61,329 nucleotides of DNA, taken from positions 1-61,329 of the IMG/VR virus record IMGVR_UViG_3300029825_000423, one strand, 5' to 3'. This DNA comes from a virus. Under the pieces are notes generated by a model that saw nothing but the letters and a program-made list of their open reading frames with translations, had not been told where the DNA came from and did no database searches. The translations under genes and the position numbers were made by a program. Of the stretch, positions 18,801 through 25,674 are shown piece by piece (the first letter of the stretch is position 1; every line of letters begins with the position of its first letter).

Positions 18801-20170
18801 AGGTATCTTCACAAGCCAAGAAAAGTGGCAATCCGTGGAAAGGACAGAAAACGGAAGTTAGTAAACAAACTAAAATAAATTTAGAGAAACTTGGGTCAAA
18901 AGCTGAACAAAATAGATTACAGATTGCCGCAGAGAAAGCAGTAGATGAAATCGACGCAGTGCGGAAAGCCAAGAAAAGTAAAAACCCATACGCGGGGCAA
19001 CGACCACAAGAAAAAAGTTATGCATCGATTGGGAAACTCGAAACGCCCTCCGAAGTTGCGAGACTTAAACTCGAAGTAAACAAGATGGAAGAAGCGTTGA
19101 AAATACAAAACGAAGCGAAACGCAGTTCAAATCCATACAAAGGGCAACCGAAAAAATCATCAAGTGAAAAATATACAAATTTATACGAAACACCGTCTGA
19201 ACGCGCTAGACTTAGCAAACTCGTAAACGATGCTGAGAAATCGATTTCAGATAGAAAACAATTCAAACGCAGTCCGACGAAAAGGCATGACGCACAACGA
19301 GATTCCTTTTCTAAGGCAAAAGAACGATCGAAACAAAGGAATGAAGAAATCAGGGGTTCTTACGAAAACACAGGAGGGACAGCAAAAGCAACTAGTTCAG
19401 GTGATCAACAGCTATTACAGATCCAGAAATCAGAATTGAAGATCGAACAAAAACCAAAGGTTGAAATCGAAAAAGTAAAGGCGAAAGTGAACGCAAAGAG
19501 AAGGAGGACAACGCAGGAAGAAAAAGTGACCGCGAAAGCGAAGGCCAGAGTCAAAACGAAGTCAGAAGAACAACCAAACAAGCTAAAAACAAAGGGCGCA
19601 GTGAAAAAACCCAGAGTAAATGATCCGGATATAAAATTGCCGGTAATGATTCGTGTGCCGAATCGCAGTCGCTCGGATGACGCTATGCCATTCACACGCG
19701 GCGCGATACATAATGACGTGAAACCGATGAATGCGGTATCAGAACGATTGGATGCCGTGGTCCATGTAGTGCCACACAGTGGAACGAAAAATGACACCAA
19801 ACCGGATATTAAAACCGATGTCAAAAACGATACAAAAACAGATGTCAAACAAGCCAATGATGTTATACCAAAGACAAAAGAAGATGGTGTGTCAAAACAG
19901 ATAGTTACCCCACGCGAAAAAGTGATTCTACCATATGCGCGTCGAAAGAAAACGCCGATCACCGATGATGTGCCTGATGTATCCAACCGTGGAGCGCATC
20001 GGACAATTAAAAACACGCTCGGAAACATGGAAAGCTTCTTCGGTGGACCGTCTGCGCCAAAACGAAAAACATCGGCGACAAGAAGAAAAGTTGCAACCAA
20101 AAACCCAACCACAAAAAGAAAAGCAACGCCTAAAAAACGAACTACAAAACAGAAATCAAAAACAAGATAA
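15818..20170 (+). CDS. 1,450-aa Lys-rich internally repetitive protein with strongly basic tail
   Basis: Uninterrupted ORF with three repeats of about 170 aa (F-D-x-x-L-x-x-L-[KR]-[DE]-M-K-x-F-[AS]-D). It also has four NP[WY]xGQ repeats and the C-terminal tail KRKTSATRRKVATKNPTTKRKATPKKRTTKQKSKTR. Confidence 0.85.
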   Translation: MAYVDSSGKTHVSVSEAASGYAAKHTASRNASGQIVGDSTGSRYVREQETKRNAAVEQASKLEAAKKQTTNFFSRDRAGNVTIAQTGERVRQTQSIVNQVKKFGNTNANKQSLVSYAKNLYGAGKSIAAGKELTDKQRAAVDRFSTNKEFRHSNIAKEIDRSGKGLSTWLKKKTYAVEATKATENIPVVGSVVQGLYSVTDVGNAAGEVAYGIERWTQKNENAPGGSSFLPSIPVGAGIVVQSFEDDPIRFATELVVMDGVGKVAGKAKVKTIDGVGKTKSAVSNYVKSAKPLDDAGNFDITNFAKGRPNDLTNIKTENTVSERNIPKLKKKLARLEKSSPENRAEIRGLKRVIRASENSTKKGRAVESLGKENYSNVKEIASMKGFDAELTKLRDMKSFADNYMVEGKYVNSGITESAAENVLARLTKSELSELQALNEGTTVAAKRSAKIKENKALHTKRNREIRTKRAIEKVKHPVDKAVKKLNERFTKRERQVEFDEFTFKKNLDDALGDYNKKLQSGTQNDRIFDEVLESKKTQLFDRKLRELKSDAEFDKALAELKEMKTFSDNYMAEGKYKNVAEKQFTESNLQEALDGIKLSEKLEIDAMNQGKTRTQIVKEKAGRRKKIERDWKIKRPVQKVKTGISKAGKSVESNKYVKSAVSKVKKAIPTKNIVKDPKVDEYALLKDIDSEVSAYRKAQSTAEKRTLADKEFDAELENLKVKEFDDVLEFDKRLAELREMKKFADSLMEEGKYKNVRKSEHKQISATKIRRSRESLKKAREIEHAKAKEILRDARKTKENDVLPSDITDVKGYRRAKQMSSKLTMKDIAKQKAMKKYGAGVEPGRYDAFKESMREFNKEADARRNKKPLNDMNTPENEFYDITNNIKQVEIDLGEVAKTIEESQHIPKSSRIYEFKKEVVSKQRSDIIDKNIDTYKSERERLFGAVRKIESEIGVTNKAKKSKNPWAGQKPSDTKVDIDLPDAAKLKKLQSEIEVSSQAKKSGNPWKGQKTEVSKQTKINLEKLGSKAEQNRLQIAAEKAVDEIDAVRKAKKSKNPYAGQRPQEKSYASIGKLETPSEVARLKLEVNKMEEALKIQNEAKRSSNPYKGQPKKSSSEKYTNLYETPSERARLSKLVNDAEKSISDRKQFKRSPTKRHDAQRDSFSKAKERSKQRNEEIRGSYENTGGTAKATSSGDQQLLQIQKSELKIEQKPKVEIEKVKAKVNAKRRRTTQEEKVTAKAKARVKTKSEEQPNKLKTKGAVKKPRVNDPDIKLPVMIRVPNRSRSDDAMPFTRGAIHNDVKPMNAVSERLDAVVHVVPHSGTKNDTKPDIKTDVKNDTKTDVKQANDVIPKTKEDGVSKQIVTPREKVILPYARRKKTPITDDVPDVSNRGAHRTIKNTLGNMESFFGGPSAPKRKTSATRRKVATKNPTTKRKATPKKRTTKQKSKTR

Positions 20171-20197
20171 ATCGGGAATTATCCCGAAACTTCTTTT

Positions 20198-20338
20198 TTA
20201 GCTTCCGTTTACTATTGCGAAACGCATAAAGGTTATAAAAGCGATTATCTGTTCTTTCACCGTACCACGACCAGAGTACTTGTTTTTTGCAATCCCAAAG
20301 GATACAATCGGCACGAACCGTGTTTTAACGAAGTCCAT
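20198..20338 (-). CDS. Hypothetical mini-protein (46 aa)
   Basis: ATG follows GGTGAGTAAA. Below the ORF-track cutoff. Weak support. Confidence 0.3.
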   Translation of the reverse strand: MDFVKTRFVPIVSFGIAKNKYSGRGTVKEQIIAFITFMRFAIVNGS

Positions 20339-20349
20339 TTTACTCACCT

Positions 20350-20433
20350 TCAGGCAATTGCACAGTAAGAAAGCAGTACAAGTCCAACGACGATCATAAA
20401 GCAGAATCCTATAAATTTCAGTCCGTATAGCAT
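20350..20433 (-). CDS. Hydrophobic mini-peptide (27 aa)
   Basis: GGGGGAAATAAACAA-ATG precedes MLYGLKFIGFCFMIVVGLVLLSYCAIA. Confidence 0.3.
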   Translation of the reverse strand: MLYGLKFIGFCFMIVVGLVLLSYCAIA

Positions 20434-20522
20434 TTGTTTATTTCCCCCTTAACTTCTATATTCTACTACGCAAAAGAAGTATATAAAGTTATGCTGGAAA
20501 ATCTGTTTAAAAAAATAAAATT

Positions 20523-20981
20523 TCAAGTGTTTGAAATGTGTAGTTCATTTTCTACTTTCTGCCTTAAAGTGTTTGGGTCATCTGGAAATATTAACCACTC
20601 GAATATTTCACCGCCGATGTGCTGTGCGTGAATAATTGAGTCAAAAAGCAGTACCATTTGTGTTTGCGTCGTCATTTTTTCATGCTCGTCGAGTATCACG
20701 AGCAGGGAATAAAATGCAAAATGGTCATTAAACCCGCTGTCAAAAAAGTCTTCAAACGTTCTTATATCGTGATCTTTTAATTTTTGTTCAATATATGGAA
20801 TTGTGATATTGAAAGCGGTCACGAAGTCAAAGCAGTCGAATCTTTTTAATGCAGAACACCTAAAGAAGTGCATGAAAAGTTCTTTGATGTCTTTGTAATT
20901 GCAAAAACTCTCGATGTTTTCGATGGCTTTCTCGTATGCTCTGATTTCCCTTATGCTGTTCATTCCATGTGGAAGTATCAT
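20523..20981 (-). CDS. Hypothetical protein (152 aa)
   Basis: ATG 20981 forms an ATGA overlap with the upstream zinc-ribbon gene. The track ORF start at 21059 is an upstream TTG. Confidence 0.6.
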   Translation of the reverse strand: MILPHGMNSIREIRAYEKAIENIESFCNYKDIKELFMHFFRCSALKRFDCFDFVTAFNITIPYIEQKLKDHDIRTFEDFFDSGFNDHFAFYSLLVILDEHEKMTTQTQMVLLFDSIIHAQHIGGEIFEWLIFPDDPNTLRQKVENELHISNT

Positions 20982-21130
20982 GTGGTCGTTGATATTGCCA
21001 CCCCTGAAACGTTTATCTGAGCTGCAATTACAGGAATTTCCTGCACGTTTCCACAGCAAAAGCAGTAAAAATAAGAGTCTGATATTCCGTTTATCAGTGT
21101 CATTTCGTTATTGCACTCCTCACATACCAT
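20978..21130 (-). CDS. Zinc-ribbon mini-protein (50 aa)
   Basis: GGGGGAAATGCA-ATG precedes MVCEECNNEMTLINGISDSYFYCFCCGNVQEI, which has CxxC..CxxC. Confidence 0.5.
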   Translation of the reverse strand: MVCEECNNEMTLINGISDSYFYCFCCGNVQEIPVIAAQINVSGVAISTTT

Positions 21131-21151
21131 TGCATTTCCCCCGAAAAAAGA

Positions 21152-21400
21152 TTAATTCAGGAAGTTTAAAATCTTTTCCTCCTGTATCTCTGTTCCATTG
21201 AACATGTCGCCTGAATACATCGCGTTATTGCCACTCACCAAAACCGGAGCTTCTAACGCGACAATTCCGAGCATAAACAACTCTGTCATGCCTTCCGCCG
21301 TATCCATGTTGAAGCTGTCGAAGACGATTCCTTTGTTTTCCAGAAATGCTTTAAGTCGTTTGCACTTCGGGCACACACTTGTTGAAAATGCTTTTACCAT
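21152..21400 (-). CDS. Glutaredoxin/NrdH-like redoxin
   Basis: MVKAFSTSVCPKCKRLKAFLENKGI carries a CPxC active site at the position expected for a thioredoxin fold. 82 aa, RBS GGGGG. Confidence 0.75.
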   Translation of the reverse strand: MVKAFSTSVCPKCKRLKAFLENKGIVFDSFNMDTAEGMTELFMLGIVALEAPVLVSGNNAMYSGDMFNGTEIQEEKILNFLN

Positions 21401-21401
21401 G

Positions 21402-21878
21402 TTAGTAATCCCCCTTCTTTAATTCTGTCTCGTTTATTACACCTTTTACTGCGTACAGCTGGCAATTCTCATCGAAAACCCATCTTACGATTATCGTGTC
21501 TCCTTCTTTTACGTGTCCTGCGAGTTCATGTTCATTTGCAAAGTAAAGACACATGTCCTTTGTTCCAGCCCAATCCGAGCCGTTGAAATCAACAAGTTCT
21601 TCTTTGTCTATGCAGTCACCGAATTTTTCATTTTTGCGAAGTTGTGTAGTCTCGAATATAAGCACGTCATCAAAAACCTCTTCTTCGTGTGTTGCAAAAT
21701 TGTAATCCGTCGCATTTCCGATGTACTGTTTATCCAGTGTGTGTACAGTGTACTTATCTGGCATGTTATTGCAACATCTGTCTACTGCGACAGTGAGATA
21801 CATCGCTGCAAACGCAATGACCGCAAGGACAATTCCACCGCTTATGAAAGTTAATAGAAGTTTTGTAAAATCTTTCAT
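21402..21878 (-). CDS. Membrane-anchored protein
   Basis: N-terminal TM helix LLLTFISGGIVLAVIAFAAMYL. RBS GGGGG. First gene of the leftward operon. Confidence 0.65.
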   Translation of the reverse strand: MKDFTKLLLTFISGGIVLAVIAFAAMYLTVAVDRCCNNMPDKYTVHTLDKQYIGNATDYNFATHEEEVFDDVLIFETTQLRKNEKFGDCIDKEELVDFNGSDWAGTKDMCLYFANEHELAGHVKEGDTIIVRWVFDENCQLYAVKGVINETELKKGDY

Positions 21879-21984
21879 GTTATCCCCCTAAATTAATTTT
21901 CTGTACACAGTATAACACACTTCAGGCATATAAAACTATCTAAGTTAATTATTTATACAAAGTGCAAACATTTAATACAGTTGA

Positions 21985-23502
21985 ATGACATATATCATAA
22001 TGGTGATCACTATGAAAGGGCTATACAGCGGGCGGGTTATAATGGCTCGCAAAGCGTCTAAGGGTTCCCTTACACGCACACAAACGGCGGCACAGGCTTA
22101 TAACGCCATAGTAAAGAAATACGGGGAGATAAGCCAAGCCGCGAAATACATGCACAAGGGCAAAGGGAATTGGGTTAAGTACTCAATCGAGAATGACCGC
22201 AAACGGACCGGGAAAACTACCACGGATATTAAGAAGTGGCGCGAAGCTCCGCATAAGCTGGACTTCAAGGGGAAGGATACGACGGGGTCCGGAAAGAAAG
22301 TTAAGACGTCTTTTTCTGTTTCTGCGCTTAAGGCACCTACCGGACTTAAGGCGCGCAAAGGAAATAATAGGCTTCCTGTAAACAAGTATCTTGATGTTCA
22401 CGGTAAACAGAAGTTTGGAAAATTCATAGGAAGACATAGAGACATTGAATATACTTTCCATCCAAACACAAACACAATTTCATTTAAGTGGGATCTGCAG
22501 GGAAAGTGTATGGCAATTCCACCGCAGTTCCATAAATTAAAAGACGTTGAGGTTAATAGCAGACTTACAACAAAAGCTGAAGTTGTGGACTTTGCTAAGA
22601 ATAGTATTGATATAATTCAGCGCGGTGTAGACAACGTTTTCTATAAAACTAATCGGAACTTATCACATGATGAGGTTGCAAGGGTGACTAAGACCGGGAA
22701 GTATGCAAAATATGAAAAGCCTAGGTTTTCTGTTTCATCTCTGAAATTGCGAAAAAAACCAACTGGGCGGAAGGCGAAAGTTCAGAAGGATGTGAGGAAG
22801 GCAATTACAAAGAGTATACCTAAACCAGTTAAAACAGAAGCAGTCAAGACCAAGCATATATACGGCTCTTTCCAGCGTCCGATATGGACAGGGTTTGACC
22901 CCGGTGTTAAGTATAAACTGGTAAGCAATATAACAGACGCATACAGGGACCCTCGGTGGAATAGGAAACCACACGACGTGATAATTACAGAACGTCCTAT
23001 ATCAGCAGAAAAGCAATATGCCTTACAATTAACTGACATTGTCCAAGGGAAGAAAATGAATGAGATGATAAAAAGAGTGAACGCTATAAAAGCTCTTGGC
23101 GACAATATGAAAGGCGGTTTGATAAGCCAGATACTTAAGGGCGTAGATCCAGCAGTAATTAATAAGTATATTGAGAAGGGGAAAGAAGCCGGAAAGAAGA
23201 GCACAAAACGCGTAAGCCGTGATAAACTAAGCATAGCTGAACGTGCGCCAGAAGTTAAAGCACCTACTGGAACAAAACCTGCAGCGTTTGACCTGAGAAG
23301 CAACGCTGAAAGAAAGGAATTTGTTTCTGATTATACCGGGATAACTGACGCAATACAGAGACGTGCAAAGCGGGTTGCAAAAATACGCGCTGATCAGGAC
23401 AAAGGAAGGTACAAGAACGCTGATACTAGGAGACATGAAGCAAGCCATGAAAAATATGAAAACCGCGCTAAAAAATTAAGGGAAAGTTATCTGAGGAAGT
23501 GA
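21985..23502 (+). CDS. Basic repeat-containing protein (505 aa)
   Basis: Lys/Arg-rich ORF with repeated FSVS[AS]LK..PTG[LR]KA elements. Possible start at ATG 22042 (MARKASKG). Confidence 0.75.
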   Translation: MTYIIMVITMKGLYSGRVIMARKASKGSLTRTQTAAQAYNAIVKKYGEISQAAKYMHKGKGNWVKYSIENDRKRTGKTTTDIKKWREAPHKLDFKGKDTTGSGKKVKTSFSVSALKAPTGLKARKGNNRLPVNKYLDVHGKQKFGKFIGRHRDIEYTFHPNTNTISFKWDLQGKCMAIPPQFHKLKDVEVNSRLTTKAEVVDFAKNSIDIIQRGVDNVFYKTNRNLSHDEVARVTKTGKYAKYEKPRFSVSSLKLRKKPTGRKAKVQKDVRKAITKSIPKPVKTEAVKTKHIYGSFQRPIWTGFDPGVKYKLVSNITDAYRDPRWNRKPHDVIITERPISAEKQYALQLTDIVQGKKMNEMIKRVNAIKALGDNMKGGLISQILKGVDPAVINKYIEKGKEAGKKSTKRVSRDKLSIAERAPEVKAPTGTKPAAFDLRSNAERKEFVSDYTGITDAIQRRAKRVAKIRADQDKGRYKNADTRRHEASHEKYENRAKKLRESYLRK

Positions 23503-23777
23503 GCATGAAACAGAAAACCGGACTAATCGGACTTGTTTCAGGCAGATTGGTAAAACCCAAAGCAAAGACGGGTGAGAAAGCCACCCGTTCTCAATCTGCT
23601 AAACACGCTTTACCCGCTATCATAAAAAATTCCACCTAGGTGTAGATTTAATAACGTTTCGAAAGTATATAAGCTCAACTGTGAAAAGAAAACTTATTTA
23701 AAATGCCTGGTCAAATGGTTAATTATATAAGCGATCAAGGACAATTACTATACAAAGAAGTTTTATATGGTGATAAC

Positions 23778-24017
23778 ATGGCAGTTTTTAAGAACAAAAA
23801 GAATGGGTACAAATACGAAACAAAAACGACGGTGCATAAAGTTCCGTCGACTGGTAAATATAGAGTGCAGGGCTACATTCAAGTTACATATCCAAATGGG
23901 GAATATGAGACAGTTACAAGCATGTCTTTAACTTTCAATATGAAGAAAGACGCGGACCGGGTAGCTTCGGAAACGCGGAAGAAATTTACTACGCTTGCGA
24001 AACAATACACAAAATGA
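23778..24017 (+). CDS. Small basic protein (family member)
   Basis: ATG follows GGTGATAAC. Contains LTFNMKKDADRVASETRKKF. Confidence 0.55.
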   Translation: MAVFKNKKNGYKYETKTTVHKVPSTGKYRVQGYIQVTYPNGEYETVTSMSLTFNMKKDADRVASETRKKFTTLAKQYTK

Positions 24018-24075
24018 GATGATACAATGTATGTAAAGGCTAAGAACTGATATACAATATACACGAGGAGATAAC

Positions 24076-24237
24076 ATGGCAACATATGAAGTAAGCGCAA
24101 CATTCCACGGAAAGCGAATAAGAACCGAAATGAACTTCACAAGCAAAGCACAGGCGATGATGTACGCAGATAAGACCAATAAGAATTATCCAGGCGCAAA
24201 TGCTAGGGTCGTGAAGGGTGGAAAGAAGAAGAAATAA
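24076..24237 (+). CDS. Small basic protein (53 aa, family member)
   Basis: ATG follows GAGGAGATAAC. Translation is MATYEVSATFHGKRIRTEMNFTSKAQAMMYADKTNKNYPGANARVVKGGKKKK. A T-rich terminator follows. Confidence 0.55.
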   Translation: MATYEVSATFHGKRIRTEMNFTSKAQAMMYADKTNKNYPGANARVVKGGKKKK

Positions 24238-24490
24238 ATTTTAATTTTTACTTTTTTTAAAAACATTTTCAAGAAACATATTAAATTTATTCGTCTATTC
24301 TTATAATATGCTTTTTGATGCGTTTAGTCTATCGGTTGATAGCAAAAAACACATTGTAAAAAAGTGAATTTTTGTTATTTTTCGTTTTTTCTGTTTTTAT
24401 CGTAAATACATTCTTTGTAATTGCCAGAACATTTAGTTATCCCGTTGAAATTGCACATCCCATTTATTGAATGACTACATTTTATCTTTT

Positions 24491-24601
24491 CTATAATGGT
24501 TCATCAGCTCTTTTGTTTAAATTTTTATTAATAAAATGTAAAATTGTCAGGTAGAATATTCCTGCAATCCCCCCACAAACCAAGCATGTTAAGTTGTTCA
24601 T
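24491..24601 (-). CDS. 36-aa transmembrane peptide (paralogue 1)
   Basis: Translation is MNNLTCLVCGGIAGIFYLTILHFINKNLNKRADEPL. ATGA-coupled to the upstream Cys-rich ORF. 22/36 residues identical to the peptide at 25409..25519. Confidence 0.5.
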   Translation of the reverse strand: MNNLTCLVCGGIAGIFYLTILHFINKNLNKRADEPL

Positions 24602-24726
24602 ATAATCACACTTTTCTTTTTTATCTTCCTGCATTCTCGCCATATGTCAAAATTTGAAAGTTTGCATAGGTCACAAACTCTATCTTCTAGGAATTGCCCC
24701 ATGCAACGCATTTCTTTGGTTGTCAT
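24598..24726 (-). CDS. Cys-rich mini-protein (42 aa)
   Basis: Translation is MTTKEMRCMGQFLEDRVCDLCKLSNFDIWRECRKIKKKSVII. It starts 2 nt after the upstream stop and is ATGA-coupled downstream. Confidence 0.45.
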   Translation of the reverse strand: MTTKEMRCMGQFLEDRVCDLCKLSNFDIWRECRKIKKKSVII

Positions 24727-24727
24727 A

Positions 24728-25120
24728 CTATACCTCTTTCCATTGTTCAAATCTTTTTAAGAATTCAATTAATATGTTTATTGATTCAATTAATTCTTTT
24801 TGTGTTTTAGACTTTGTAATATTTTTATACATAGAGTTTTTTTCTAAGCAATGTTTACCAGATTCTTTCTTTATTAAACACTCGTCACAACAATCATATA
24901 AGAAACACATTGGGCACACAAAATCTATGTCATATTTGATTATGAAATTCACAAACTTTCTATACGTGTTGAGTTCAAACTGCCCAATTATTGTTTTTGC
25001 GCGTGTCCATTGCAGTATTGTAATTGTGGGAGCACACACACCGTTCTTCAGTTTATCATCTATCTCCTTTTCTGACATACACACAAGTGCTTTATTTTCT
25101 AATGTTCTATATTGTCTCAT
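24728..25120 (-). CDS. Cys-rich hypothetical protein (130 aa)
   Basis: ORF containing VCPMCFLYDCCDEC. Its ATG overlaps (ATGA) the end of the upstream ORF. Confidence 0.6.
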   Translation of the reverse strand: MRQYRTLENKALVCMSEKEIDDKLKNGVCAPTITILQWTRAKTIIGQFELNTYRKFVNFIIKYDIDFVCPMCFLYDCCDECLIKKESGKHCLEKNSMYKNITKSKTQKELIESINILIEFLKRFEQWKEV

Positions 25121-25368
25121 ATGATTTCTTCCCCTCGTTCAACTGTCCTGATCTTTACATTCTGGACTATCGGCTTAATTCTCCTGGCAATTTCAAGTAT
25201 TTCTTCCCTTGAATACATCGAAATTCCACCCAAACACTCGAAATTGCCATTTTCAGGTATACCTTGTTGAATTACCCATGTAGCACCTTCTGTAAGCCAC
25301 GTAGAAGCCCGTAAAGCGATTTTCTCTATTTCCCACTGTGTTCCTTTGCCCCCTTGGTTATCGTTGTT
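25117..25368 (-). CDS. 83-codon open frame without canonical start near its 5' end
   Basis: Stop-to-stop frame whose TGA overlaps the ATG at 25120. The first TTG and ATG occur only at codons 46 and 51. The true start is unknown. Confidence 0.3.
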   Translation of the reverse strand, partial: NNDNQGGKGTQWEIEKIALRASTWLTEGATWVIQQGIPENGNFECLGGISMYSREEILEIARRIKPIVQNVKIRTVERGEEII

Positions 25369-25408
25369 CTAAGCTCTTATACGACGTTGCTATTTTTCAA
25401 AAAAATAA

Positions 25409-25519
25409 TTAAATTGGTTCATCTACCAATTTGTTCAGGTTTGAGTTAATAAATCTAAGGAGCGCAAGGCAAATGAGTCCCGCGAATCCTCCACAAATTG
25501 CACATGTTAAGTTTGTCAT
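25409..25519 (-). CDS. 36-aa transmembrane peptide (paralogue 2)
   Basis: Translation is MTNLTCAICGGFAGLICLALLRFINSNLNKLVDEPI. ATGA-coupled to the upstream zinc-ribbon gene. A T-run follows. Confidence 0.5.
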   Translation of the reverse strand: MTNLTCAICGGFAGLICLALLRFINSNLNKLVDEPI

Positions 25520-25674
25520 GCAGTCACCGACAATTTAAGCCTTCTTCCGCATTTTGTACAATACGCGCACTTTCCCCTATAATTTCTAAATGTGTCTATT
25601 CTCTTTCCAAAACTTGTAAGTGTGAATGTTTTGTTCCCACACTTACAACTTATTTCAACATGATACGCTTTCAT
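25516..25674 (-). CDS. Zinc-ribbon mini-protein (52 aa)
   Basis: Translation is MKAYHVEISCKCGNKTF..KCAYCTKCGRRL. Its ATG overlaps the nrdD stop (ATGA). Confidence 0.55.
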   Translation of the reverse strand: MKAYHVEISCKCGNKTFTLTSFGKRIDTFRNYRGKCAYCTKCGRRLKLSVTA

